This document shows, piece after piece, positions 39,101 to 49,108 of a DNA stretch of 64,000 nt; position 1 is the stretch's first letter; every line of letters starts with the position of its first letter. The stretch is from Vulcanimicrobiota bacterium (lineage in GTDB: Bacteria; Vulcanimicrobiota; Vulcanimicrobiia; Vulcanimicrobiales; Vulcanimicrobiaceae). Under the pieces are notes generated by a model. The model saw only the letters and a program-made list of their open reading frames with translations, made no database searches and had not been told where the DNA came from. The position numbers and the translations under genes were made by a program. The stretch lies in NCBI GenBank assembly GCA_963786105.1, contig CAWAXX010000014.1, positions 1 to 64,000 of the forward strand, in the 5' to 3' direction.

Positions 39101-39804
39101 TGGCGGGCGAGTCGGGACGCCGGCGTTTGCGCGCCCTTCTTCGTCTGGCCGGCGTTCGCAGCGCGGGCGACCTTGCGATCACCGAGAAGGCGTTCGTGCA
39201 CGAGAGCCACGCGAAGGAACGCGGCGGCGCTTCCAACGAGCGGATGGAGTTTTTGGGCGACTCGGTGCTTGGATTCATCACCGCGAGTTGGCTATTCGAG
39301 TGCTTCGGCGAGGAGCCCGAAGGTTTGCTCACGCTGCGCAAAGCGGCTATCGTCAACGACGTACAGCTCGCAATGACCGCGCGGCGTTTGGGTTTTTCCG
39401 ACCTGGTGCAGCTCGGTACCGGTTTGCGCAGCTCGGGGGGCGCCGACAACACGTCGGTTCTGGCCGACGCGTTCGAGGCATTCGTCGCCGCCGTCTACCT
39501 CGGGTACGGGCTGGAGAGAGCGCGGAAATTCGTGATCGCCGAGCACGTCGAGCGACTCGATCACTCGACCGGGGCGCCAATCGATTCGAAGTCGCGCCTG
39601 CAGCATTACGCCCAAGAGCATCTGTCGGCGACGCCGGTCTACCGCGAAACCAGCCGCGGCACGCCGCAGCAGCCTGCCTTTAGCTCGCGCGTGACGGTAA
39701 AAGGAAAAACGTTAGGAAAGGGCACCGGTCCCTCGAAGAAGGCGGCGCAGCAGGCGGCCGCCGAGGCGGCGCTGACGTCCTTGCTGACGCAATCGCAACC
39801 GTGA
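39100..39804 (+). CDS. rnc: Ribonuclease III
   Basis: NERMEFLGDSVL signature, ADAFEA, C-terminal dsRBD (SKKAAQQAAA); TAATG overlap with fabF. Confidence 0.96.
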   Translation: MAGESGRRRLRALLRLAGVRSAGDLAITEKAFVHESHAKERGGASNERMEFLGDSVLGFITASWLFECFGEEPEGLLTLRKAAIVNDVQLAMTARRLGFSDLVQLGTGLRSSGGADNTSVLADAFEAFVAAVYLGYGLERARKFVIAEHVERLDHSTGAPIDSKSRLQHYAQEHLSATPVYRETSRGTPQQPAFSSRVTVKGKTLGKGTGPSKKAAQQAAAEAALTSLLTQSQP

Positions 39805-42800
39805 AACTCAAAAAGATCAAGTCCTTCGGGTTCAAGACGTTCGCCGATCCCACCACGCTCGAATTCGGCGGGGGCATCACCGCCATCGTTGGACCCAACG
39901 GCTCCGGAAAGTCGAATCTCGTCGACGCGTTTCGCTGGGTGCTCGGCGAGACGTCGAGCAAGAGTTTGCGCGGCGGGAAACTCGAGGACGTGATCTTCGC
40001 CGGCAACGATAACCGCAAGCCGCTCGGTCTTGCGGAGGTGTCGGTGCTCTTCGATAATACCGACGGCCGCTTGCCGATTGAGTTCTCCGAGGTCGAAATT
40101 ACGCGCCGGGCCTATCGTGTCGGCGAAAGCGAATACTTTATCAACCGCACCGCCGTGCGGCTGCGCGACATTCTCGATTTGCTGATGGGCACCGGCTTGG
40201 GATCGGGATCGTACGCGATCGTTTCGCAGGGGCAAGTCGATGCGATCCTCACGAGCAAGCCCACCGATCGCCGCGCGTTGTTCGAAGAGACCGCCGGCAT
40301 CAACAAGTTCCTCTCGCGCAAAGCCGAATCGATGCGCCGGCTCGATCAGACCGAACAGAACGCCATTCGCATCAGCGATTTGATTTCCGAGTTGGAACAC
40401 CGCGTCCCCGAACTCGAAACCCAGGTGCGGCGCGCGAAACGTTATCGCAAGGTCAGCGGGCGGGTTCGCGATCTCGAAATCCTCGGATACCTTCGTGCCG
40501 GGGCGTCTCGGCGAGCCGAACGCGAAACGCTGCGTTCGGCTCTGGAGAAGAACGAGGAGACGCGCAGCATCGCTGCGGCCAAAGCTGCGACGTTGGGAGC
40601 GCAGTTGTCGGACGTGCGAACGCGCGTGTACCGTCAGGAGCTGCAGCTCGAAGAACTCCGCTCGAACGCCCAGAGCAAGCGCGCCGAGCTGGCGCGCATC
40701 GAAGCGGACTACGCGGCGACGCTCGCCCGGCGCGAAGCGCTCGAACGTCAATCCACGCAGACCTCCGAGGACGTCGCCCGCGTCGCCCAAGAACGCGACG
40801 CGCTCACGGCCGCCGTCGGCGGTTTAGACGAACGGCTGGCGCCGCTCGCGAGCGAGATCGAGGGCGCGCGTGAAGGCGAACTCGCCGCTCAAACCGCGCT
40901 TGCTCAAGCCCGCGCACGGCTCGATGCGGTTTTTACCGAGCTGCGCCAGGTGGAATCCGGTGCCGCCGAACACGCAGCCAAGAAAGCCGAGCGGCGCGTG
41001 CAGGCCGAGAATCTACGCTCTCAGGCCGAGCGTTTCGACGAAGAGCTTCGCAACGCGCGGGAGCGCGCGTCGCAGGCCGAAATCGCTGCCGGCGGCGCGG
41101 CGCATCGCCACGCGGAACGCAAGCGACATATCGGCGCGTTGGACTCGGCCCAACTCGACGCCCGCGGACGCGTCGAAGACGCCGAGCGCGAAGTTGCGCT
41201 CGCGCAAGAAGAACTCTCGCACGCCCTCGCCGCCCACCGCGATCGAACCGCCGAGACGACCGGCGCCGAATCGCGCCTGCACACGATCGAAGAGTTGGAA
41301 AACTCGCTCGAAGGGCACGTCCCCGGCACGCGATCGATCGTGGATGCGTGGCAGCGCGGCGAGTTGAGAGGCATCGAGGGCATCGTTTCCAACCTCATCA
41401 CCACCGACGAGCGGTACGCGCGCGCCATGGACGTGGCATTCGGTGCCCGTCTCTCGAACGTCGTGACCCGAACGTCGGAGGACGCAGAGCGCGCCATCGA
41501 GTTCCTCAACCGCAAGGAAAGCGGGCGCGCAACGTTCCTTCCCCTCGACACGCTGGCGAATCGAGAAGGCCGGCATCTCGGCGGCGACCTCAGCGCGATG
41601 CCGGGCGTCATTGGGTACGCGCACTCGCTCGTCGGCACCGAACCGCAGTATCGCGGCATCGTGAACTTCCTAGTCGGCAACGTGCTCATCGTCGATCAAC
41701 TCAAAACCGGCATCGACTTGGTGCGCGAACGCGGACTGCGCGACACGGTGGTGACGCTCACCGGCGAACAAATCACCGGCGGTGGAGCAATTACCGGCGG
41801 ACGCTTCCAGCGCGAGCGCTCGATCCTATCGCGGCGAGTCCAGGCGCAGGGCTTGCGCGAAGCGCTGGTGGAGTTGCGCGCGAAGCTTCGTGAAAGCGAA
41901 GGCTCGTTGCACGGTGCGCACCAGCGCACCGAGGCGGCGATCGTCAATCGCGACCGCGAGCGCGAGGCGCTGGCCCGCGTCGAGCTCCAGCTGGCGCAAG
42001 CCCGCACCGAGATTTTGGCGCTCGACAACGAGGTCGTGCGGCTGCAAGCGGAACTCACGGCCGCGCGCGGACAGGTAACCGACCTCTCCGACAACGCGCG
42101 CCGCGCGCGCGACGCCGAACGCGGCTTCGAACAGGTCGAGCCGCAGGAAGCGCGCAGCGATGCCGATCGGACGCGGCTCGAGGAAGATCTAGCGCGAGTA
42201 CGCGGCGATATCGCGCGGGCCGAAGCGACGCAACTCGCGGCCAGCGCACGGGCCGCCGACTTGCGCGAACGCGCCGCCGGGCTGGCGGCCGAGCGGGATG
42301 CGGCCAAGGCGCGGTTGGGAATGCTCGACCAAGACGGCGAGCGCGCGCGCGTGGCGCGCGAAGAAATGCTCGCGCAGATCGCCTCGCTGGCCGGGCAAAC
42401 GCGGACGTCCCACGCGCACGTCGAAGGTTTGCGTCGCGGCGTCAGCGATCTCGACGCCCAGCTTGACGCCGCTCGCCGCGAACGTGAAACGCTGGTCGAT
42501 CGCCAAACGCAACTCGAGTCGGACGTGCGCATGGCAGAAAACGAGGAGCGCGATGCCAATGCCGGCGGCGAGCGCCATCGCATGCGCCTGGCCGAGATCG
42601 AAGCCGAGCTCGGAATGCTGGTCTCGCAGTTCGCGCAGAATCCGGCAACCGACGACGAGTGCCGCGACGTCGAAACGCGCTACCGCGAAGAACCCGACGG
42701 CGTCGTGGACGATTTGCCGCGGCTCCGCGACGAGCTGGGTCGCCTTTCAGCCAACGTAAACCTGAACGCCGAGACGGAGCGCCAGGAAGTGATGGAGCGC

Positions 42801-43367
42801 GAAGCGTTTCTGCGCGCGCAGCTCGACGATCTCGCGCGGGCTCGCGAAACGCTGCTCGAATCGATTCGCGAAATCGAGCAGCAAACGCAAGTGCAGTTCA
42901 ACGAGATGTTCGAGAAAGTTTCGCGCGCGTTCGCCGAGATGTATCCAAAATTGTTCCCGGGCGGCCAAGCCAAAATGTGGCAGACCAATCCGGAGAACCT
43001 TTCGGAGACCGGCATCGAGATCGCCGTGCAGCCGCCGGGCAAAAAACAAATGCCGCTTGCCGCCCTTTCGGGCGGCGAACGGGCGATGACCGCGGCGGCG
43101 CTGATTTTCGCGCTGATTGCGGTCAAGCCGTCGCCGTTCTATCTGCTCGACGAAGTCGACGCGGCCCTAGACGATGCCAACGTCGAACGCTTCTCTGAAA
43201 TGGTCAAGAGTTTTGCGGCGGACTCCCAGATGATCATCGTTACGCACAACAAGAAAACGATGGAAATGGCCGACCGGCTGTACGGCGTCACGATGGGCGA
43301 AGCCGGTATCAGTACGATCGTGTCGGCCGAGCTGTCGCCGCGGGAGCCGGAGCTCGCGCTTGCCTGA
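39801..43367 (+). CDS. smc: Chromosome segregation protein SMC
   Basis: GFKTF, GPNGSGKSN, coiled coils, hinge GRATFLPL, LSGGE, LLDEVDAALD. Confidence 0.98.
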   Translation: MKLKKIKSFGFKTFADPTTLEFGGGITAIVGPNGSGKSNLVDAFRWVLGETSSKSLRGGKLEDVIFAGNDNRKPLGLAEVSVLFDNTDGRLPIEFSEVEITRRAYRVGESEYFINRTAVRLRDILDLLMGTGLGSGSYAIVSQGQVDAILTSKPTDRRALFEETAGINKFLSRKAESMRRLDQTEQNAIRISDLISELEHRVPELETQVRRAKRYRKVSGRVRDLEILGYLRAGASRRAERETLRSALEKNEETRSIAAAKAATLGAQLSDVRTRVYRQELQLEELRSNAQSKRAELARIEADYAATLARREALERQSTQTSEDVARVAQERDALTAAVGGLDERLAPLASEIEGAREGELAAQTALAQARARLDAVFTELRQVESGAAEHAAKKAERRVQAENLRSQAERFDEELRNARERASQAEIAAGGAAHRHAERKRHIGALDSAQLDARGRVEDAEREVALAQEELSHALAAHRDRTAETTGAESRLHTIEELENSLEGHVPGTRSIVDAWQRGELRGIEGIVSNLITTDERYARAMDVAFGARLSNVVTRTSEDAERAIEFLNRKESGRATFLPLDTLANREGRHLGGDLSAMPGVIGYAHSLVGTEPQYRGIVNFLVGNVLIVDQLKTGIDLVRERGLRDTVVTLTGEQITGGGAITGGRFQRERSILSRRVQAQGLREALVELRAKLRESEGSLHGAHQRTEAAIVNRDREREALARVELQLAQARTEILALDNEVVRLQAELTAARGQVTDLSDNARRARDAERGFEQVEPQEARSDADRTRLEEDLARVRGDIARAEATQLAASARAADLRERAAGLAAERDAAKARLGMLDQDGERARVAREEMLAQIASLAGQTRTSHAHVEGLRRGVSDLDAQLDAARRERETLVDRQTQLESDVRMAENEERDANAGGERHRMRLAEIEAELGMLVSQFAQNPATDDECRDVETRYREEPDGVVDDLPRLRDELGRLSANVNLNAETERQEVMEREAFLRAQLDDLARARETLLESIREIEQQTQVQFNEMFEKVSRAFAEMYPKLFPGGQAKMWQTNPENLSETGIEIAVQPPGKKQMPLAALSGGERAMTAAALIFALIAVKPSPFYLLDEVDAALDDANVERFSEMVKSFAADSQMIIVTHNKKTMEMADRLYGVTMGEAGISTIVSAELSPREPELALA

Positions 43368-44934
43368 CTCCCGCAGGGCGGCTGAGGCTGCCCTGTTTTC
43401 ACTCTCCGACAAAACCGGTGCCGCCGATCTCGGGCGAGCCCTGCACGAGCGCGGCACGGTCATCTACGCGACCGGCGGAACTCGCGCGTTTTTGGAAGAG
43501 CACGGCGTGCCGGCTCGCGACGTCGGAGACGTCACCGGTTTCCCCGCGCTGTTCAGCGGTCGCGTAAAAACGCTGCATCCGAAAGTCTTCGGCGGAATTT
43601 TATACGATCGCAACGACATCGAACATCGCGCGCAAGCCGAAACGTACGCGATTCCGCGCATCCACACCGTCGCCGTCAATCTGTATCCGTTCGAGGCGAC
43701 GGTCGCTAAGGAGGGCACGACGCTGGCCGAAGCGATCGAACAGATCGACATCGGCGGCGTAGCACTGTTGCGCGCGGCCGCGAAGAACTTCGAGCACGTC
43801 GCGGTGCTGACGCATCCGTCGCAATACGCCGAGTATCTCGCGGAGCTGGGAGACGGCACGGTATCGGTAGGCTTGCAGCGCCGGCTTGCGGTCGCGGCCT
43901 TCGAGCGCACGGCCGAGTACGACGTTGCGATTTCCCATTACCTCGCAACCTCCGGCGAAGTATTGCCGAGCGCTCTGCCGGGTGCCCTGGCGCTGACGCT
44001 GCCGTTGGCGAAGCGGCTGCGCTACGGCACCAATCCGCAGGAGCGCGCCGCCTTCTATCTCGATCGGCCCGATCGCCTCCCTGAACAACTGCACGGGAAG
44101 GCACTGAGTTATAACAACCTGCTCGATCTCGACGCGACCCTGCGGTTGCTGTCACGCGCGCCACTGGGCGCGGAGTTCGGCAGCCGGCGCGAGCGCTACG
44201 TGCGCGCAGCCGTGGTGAAGCACACCGTCCCCTGCGGGGTAGCCCAGCGGTCGCGCGTCGGTATTGCGGTGCACGATGCGCTGGCGGCCGATCCGATTTC
44301 GGCCTATGGCGGCATCGTGGCGACCGACGCGGCGATCGATGGCGATTCGGCCGCATCCTTGGCGAAATATTTTCTCGAAATCGTAGCGGCGCCGGGTTTC
44401 GACGACGACGCGCTCGCGCTGCTGCGTAAGAAGAAAAACCTTCGCATCATGCGCTTTGCAGCGTCGCTGCCCGACGAGCTTGCGCGCGAGCTGCGCGTCC
44501 GCAGCGCGCTCGGCGGCGTGCTGGCCGAAGACAACGATCCGGCCGCTCCGCCCGAGCACTGGAGCGTCGTCAGCCGGCGCCAGCCCACCGAACAAGAGTG
44601 GCACGATCTCGCGTTTGCGTGGGATGTCGTGCGGCACGTCAAGTCAAACGGCATCGTGGTCGTCAAAGGCGGGACGACGCGCGGCATTTGTGCCGGTCAG
44701 ACCAATCGCGTCAGCGCGGTGCAGATCGCCACCGCACGCGCGGCCATCACCGGCGGTGCCTGCGCGAGCGACGGGTTTTTCCCGTTTGCCGACGGCCTCG
44801 AAGCGGCCGCCGCCGGCGGCTGCGCGGCGATCATCGCCCCCGGGGGCTCGGTGCGCGACGAAGAAGTCGTCGCCGCGGCCGATCGTCTCGGCGTTGCGCT
44901 CGTCTTTTCGTCGTACCGCTACTTCTTACACTAA
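43360..44934 (+). CDS. purH: Bifunctional AICAR transformylase/IMP cyclohydrolase
   Basis: SLSDKTG, GRVKTLHP, IDIGG, RYGTNP, LSYNN, ASDGFFPF, RYFLH. Confidence 0.97.
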   Translation: MPDSRRAAEAALFSLSDKTGAADLGRALHERGTVIYATGGTRAFLEEHGVPARDVGDVTGFPALFSGRVKTLHPKVFGGILYDRNDIEHRAQAETYAIPRIHTVAVNLYPFEATVAKEGTTLAEAIEQIDIGGVALLRAAAKNFEHVAVLTHPSQYAEYLAELGDGTVSVGLQRRLAVAAFERTAEYDVAISHYLATSGEVLPSALPGALALTLPLAKRLRYGTNPQERAAFYLDRPDRLPEQLHGKALSYNNLLDLDATLRLLSRAPLGAEFGSRRERYVRAAVVKHTVPCGVAQRSRVGIAVHDALAADPISAYGGIVATDAAIDGDSAASLAKYFLEIVAAPGFDDDALALLRKKKNLRIMRFAASLPDELARELRVRSALGGVLAEDNDPAAPPEHWSVVSRRQPTEQEWHDLAFAWDVVRHVKSNGIVVVKGGTTRGICAGQTNRVSAVQIATARAAITGGACASDGFFPFADGLEAAAAGGCAAIIAPGGSVRDEEVVAAADRLGVALVFSSYRYFLH

Positions 44935-44943
44935 AAGCGCCGC

Positions 44944-46302
44944 TTATTGGTTGTCGGGTGGGCGGTGATCGACGGGTTCGCGTTGGAAGTACGCCGCATC
45001 CAAGCGCGCGGGGATTGGAACGAATTGACGCGGCGGCTTCGAAAAATCGAAACAGTCGCCGGCAGGCGAAGTCGCACGCGCGTCAGCTGCCGACAGTCTC
45101 GGAAGGCCGAACCGATCCTCGACGAATTTTAGAAGGCTGCCGTGTTCGTATTGCACGTGCGAAACGTAACTTTTTTTGGCGTACGCCGAGACGACCAGCA
45201 ACGGCACGCGGATCCCTAGTCCGTCGTAATCGGCGAACGGCGGCGCAACGTGATCGTACCAGCCGCCGTACTCGTCCCACATGATGAAGATCGCCGTCGA
45301 CTGCCAATACTTCGAGTTGCCGACGGCGTTGACGAGCGAAGCGACCCAGTGCGGACCGTGGGTCGCGCCGCAGTCCGCGTGATCGGAGTTCGGGCATGTC
45401 GGCATGACCCAGCTGACCGCGGGCAGTTTCCCGTTTTTGACGTCTTGAAAAAAGCGCGTTTGGGGACTGATGACGTTGTTGTTCCAGTCAGGCCCGTATC
45501 GGATGTGTTTGATTGCCTGGTAAGCGTTCCACAAGTTGCCGCTGCCGTCTTCCAGGCTCGACGTATAGTACGCCCACGAAATGCCGGCCGAGTCGAGTTC
45601 GTCCCCGAGCGTCCGATACTCGAAGCATGCTTGGATTCGGCCGCCGTAGGAGCGGTCTTGCGTAACGGTTCCGACCGTGTCTTTCGGCCCCCCGTCGCAG
45701 CCCCACGTCGTAGCCGGGTAGTTGATGGTCGAGTTCGCTTGGGCGGCGATGATGTATTGATGCGAGACGAAGCTGCTCGCATCGAAGTCGGATGGAAACA
45801 TGCGGTCGGCGAGCACGTACTGCTGCGCGATGGAAAAATACGGCTTCGTTTCGCTTTGCGGAACGTAGCCGTACTGCGGATTCGGATTCGGGCAAGGAGG
45901 CTCCCCACTACCGCCACAGGTTACGCTCTCGCGGTTGAAGCCGTCCATCTTACAGTTCGTACCGGGCAAGCTGCCTTGGCCGTCGCAGGCAGCGTAGTAC
46001 GAAACGGAGTTGTGCCCGACGTCCCAGTTTGCACCGAGCCCGATGGGTTTGAGCGCGATTTTCTTGCCGTCGGTCGCGTAGCCGAACGACTGCGTATCGG
46101 CTCCGGGAAACCCTTGGAACAGATTGTCGAAGCTGCGGTTCTCCTGCATGATGATGACGACGTGCGAGATCTTGCCGGCGACGCTTTGCCGTACGTCTTG
46201 ATGGCTTTCAACCGGCGGCGCACCGGCGTTTCCGATGCAACCCGAAATGGAGAGCCCGAGTGTCACGGCGATCGCTCGACCGGTGTCCGAAAAGATTCGC
46301 AT
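44944..46302 (-). CDS. Phosphoesterase lipoprotein, paralog 8
   Basis: Lipobox ISGC; QENRSFD, ASSFVSH, SDH, WDEYGGWYDHV; ends PPDNQ. Confidence 0.92.
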   Translation of the reverse strand: MRIFSDTGRAIAVTLGLSISGCIGNAGAPPVESHQDVRQSVAGKISHVVIIMQENRSFDNLFQGFPGADTQSFGYATDGKKIALKPIGLGANWDVGHNSVSYYAACDGQGSLPGTNCKMDGFNRESVTCGGSGEPPCPNPNPQYGYVPQSETKPYFSIAQQYVLADRMFPSDFDASSFVSHQYIIAAQANSTINYPATTWGCDGGPKDTVGTVTQDRSYGGRIQACFEYRTLGDELDSAGISWAYYTSSLEDGSGNLWNAYQAIKHIRYGPDWNNNVISPQTRFFQDVKNGKLPAVSWVMPTCPNSDHADCGATHGPHWVASLVNAVGNSKYWQSTAIFIMWDEYGGWYDHVAPPFADYDGLGIRVPLLVVSAYAKKSYVSHVQYEHGSLLKFVEDRFGLPRLSAADARATSPAGDCFDFSKPPRQFVPIPARLDAAYFQREPVDHRPPDNQ

Positions 46303-46311
46303 GGCTCCCTT

Positions 46312-47709
46312 TTAATCGTCGTCCGGCGGGCGGCCGTCGGGAGCTTCGTTTTCGAAGTCGGCGGCCTTGAGGCGGCTGGGAATCGGAGCGAACGGTCGCG
46401 GCAGCTGTGAGAAATCGAAGCAGTCTGTTTCTGGGGAGTTGGCGCGGGTGTCGGAAGTGGCCAATCGTGGAAGCCCGAACTGGTCTTCGACGAATTTGAG
46501 AATACTGCCGTTCTCGTATTGCACGTGCGAGACGTAGCTGCTCTTCGCGTAGGCCGAGATGACGATCATCGGCACGCGCACCCCAAGTCCGTCGTAGTCG
46601 ACGAATGGCGGAGGAACGTGGTCGTACCAGCCGCCGTAGTCGTCCCACATTACAAAAATCGCGGTCGAGTCCCAATACTTCGACTTGCCGACGGCATTGA
46701 CGAGCGACGCTACCCAGTGCGGCCCTTGGTCCGTATCGCAGCCGGCGTGGTCCGAGTTCTTGCAAAGCGGGGTTACCCAGCTTACCGAAGGCAACGTCCC
46801 GCCGTTGACGTCTTTGAAGAACCCCGTCGGCGGGCTGACCACGTGCTTGCTCCAGGCCGGGCCGTCGCGGATGTGTTTGATTGCTTGGTACGCGCTCCAG
46901 ATGCCGCCGTGGTACACTTCGTTGATATTCGCGGCATAGTAACGCCATGAAAGCCCCGCATCGTCGAGCTCGTCGCCCAGCGTGCGGTAATCGAAACATG
47001 CGGCGATCGGGCTCCCGTACTTGCGCTTGTGCGTCACGGTACCAATGTGGTCTTGCGGTCCTCCGTCGCAGCCCCACGGAGGGTGCTGCGGATAATCGAC
47101 GGCGGAGCCGGATTGACCGGCGATCAGATACTGGTGCGAAACGAAGCTGCTTCCGTCGAAGTTTGAAGCAAAGGTCCTGTCGGCCAACACGTACTGCTGC
47201 GCCATAGCGAAATATGGCTGCGTCTCGTTGCTTGGGACGTACGAATACTGCGGATGCGCGTTGGGACACGGCGGCTGACCCGCGCCACCGCAGCTGACCT
47301 TCTCTTGGTTGAAGCCGTTCATCTTACAATGCGTGCCGGGAATGGGTCCCCACCCGTTGCACGCGGCGAAGAAAGCCTGCGAATTATGGGCGACGTCCCA
47401 CAACACTTGGAATCCGACCGGCGCCAGCGCGAGACGCTTACCGTTGCTCGAGTAACCGTACGGCTGCGTATCCGCCCCCGGAAAGCCCTGAAACAGATTG
47501 TCGAAGCTGCGGTTTTCTTGCACGATGATGACGATGTGCTTGATCTTTCCCGAAGCCATCGAACCAAGGTTGCCAAGCAAGGCAGGCTGCGCCGGGTTCG
47601 CAATGGGAACGTCCACCGCCGGTGAGCCGCCGCTCCCCCCGCAGGCAGCCAGAAAAACCGCCACCAATGCGACGGTTAGGGCTCGGCAGTTGACGGGGAC
47701 CCTGTACAT
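46312..47709 (-). CDS. Phosphoesterase lipoprotein, paralog 9
   Basis: Lipobox LAAC; QENRSFD, GSSFVSH, SDH, WDDYGGWYDHV; ends PPDDD. Confidence 0.92.
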   Translation of the reverse strand: MYRVPVNCRALTVALVAVFLAACGGSGGSPAVDVPIANPAQPALLGNLGSMASGKIKHIVIIVQENRSFDNLFQGFPGADTQPYGYSSNGKRLALAPVGFQVLWDVAHNSQAFFAACNGWGPIPGTHCKMNGFNQEKVSCGGAGQPPCPNAHPQYSYVPSNETQPYFAMAQQYVLADRTFASNFDGSSFVSHQYLIAGQSGSAVDYPQHPPWGCDGGPQDHIGTVTHKRKYGSPIAACFDYRTLGDELDDAGLSWRYYAANINEVYHGGIWSAYQAIKHIRDGPAWSKHVVSPPTGFFKDVNGGTLPSVSWVTPLCKNSDHAGCDTDQGPHWVASLVNAVGKSKYWDSTAIFVMWDDYGGWYDHVPPPFVDYDGLGVRVPMIVISAYAKSSYVSHVQYENGSILKFVEDQFGLPRLATSDTRANSPETDCFDFSQLPRPFAPIPSRLKAADFENEAPDGRPPDDD

Positions 47710-47753
47710 GCTATCTCCGTTCGATCCTTAGCAGAAAGAACGTCTTCGAATCG

Positions 47754-47780
47754 TTCCGCAGCAGCAATTCCGCGGCCTTC
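47754..47780 (-). promoter_or_regulatory. Candidate SigH-like promoter GAAGG-N19-GAA
   Basis: Upstream of paralog 9; recurrent motif. Confidence 0.35.
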
Positions 47781-47853
47781 TAGTCTGCGGCGCGCGGCGG
47801 CCGAAGGTGGAAGACCATCGTACTTCCGCGAAGAGAGCCTCGGAGCAACTCAT

Positions 47854-49108
47854 ATGCGAACGACTTTCTTACCCGTGGTTCTCTTTGCGTTTGCAGCGGC
47901 CGGCTGCGGTCGCGGCGTGGTGACGTCGTCGATCCCGGCGTCGGCACCCAACGCAACCACGGTGCAGTCGCCGGCCACCAGCCCCTATCGAATCCTCTAC
48001 ACCTTTAAAGGCGCGCCGGACGGTGCGATGCCGGAGGCCGGGCTGCTCGCCGTAAACGATGCCGTATACGGCACGACGTCCGGCGGCGGCAGAGTCTCTG
48101 ATTGCAGCAGCGGTTCGGGCGCGGGGTGCGGGACCGTATTCCGAGTGCGTCTGTCGGGCATCGAACGCATCATCCACCGGTTTGGAAGCGGTGGTGACGG
48201 GGCCAATCCTCGCGGCGATCTGATCGTCAGGAACGGCTTGCTGTACGGCACGACCGAAAATGGAGGCGCGAGCGGAAACGGGGCGATCTTCAAGGTGAAC
48301 GCGTTCGGCGCGGAAAGCGTGCTCTACAGTTTTAACGGAATTCCGGACGGCGCAAAACCGCAAGCTGGACTCAGGGACGTAAAAGGTTTGCTGTACGGCA
48401 CGACGTTCGGCGGCGGCAATACCGGCTGTTTCAACAGTCCGAGCGGGTGCGGCACGGCGTTTCAAGTCAGCACGTCGGGAAGCGAGCGCATTCTCCATCG
48501 GTTTGGAATACGTCCGGACGGTTCGTTCCCGGAATCGAATCTTGCCGTGATGAACGGCGTGTTCTACGGTACGACGCTGAAACGGACGTCGAATGAAGGT
48601 GGTGCGACGTGCGGCACCGGCGACGGATGCGGGATCGTGTTCCAAATGAGCGCGTCCGGCCAAGAAAGCGTGCTCTACCGCTTTTTAAAGAAGCCCGACG
48701 GCTCGAACCCGGTGGCGGGTCTCACCGCCTTGGGCGGAAATCTTTACGGGACGACTACCACCGGCGGTGCGGCCGGCAAGGGAACCGTTTTCGAGGTGAA
48801 CACGTCGGGCGTGGAGCAGGTGTTGCATGGTTTTAAGGGCTATGGCGACGGCGCGAACCCGTACGGTGGTTTGCTCGCGGTGAACGGCCTGCTTTACGGC
48901 ACGACCTACAACGGCGGGAAGTACGGTAAGGGGACGCTTTTCAAGATCGACACGTCCGGTGTCAAAACCGTGCTCCACGACTTCGGAGTCGGCACCGATG
49001 GCGCGCACCCCCACGGAAATCTCATCATCCATGGTGGAGTGCTTTACGGAACCACGGAGCTCGGCGGCGCGAACAACTCATGGGACGGTCTTTTCGCGAT
49101 TACCGTGA
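47854..49108 (+). CDS. Lipoprotein with seven TIGR03803-like repeats (predicted beta-propeller)
   Basis: AAGC lipobox; 7 x (L+.F.G..DGA.P...L....G.LYGTT..GG...G.VF); corrected end GTVF...* at the TGATG overlap 49106-49110. Confidence 0.85.
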
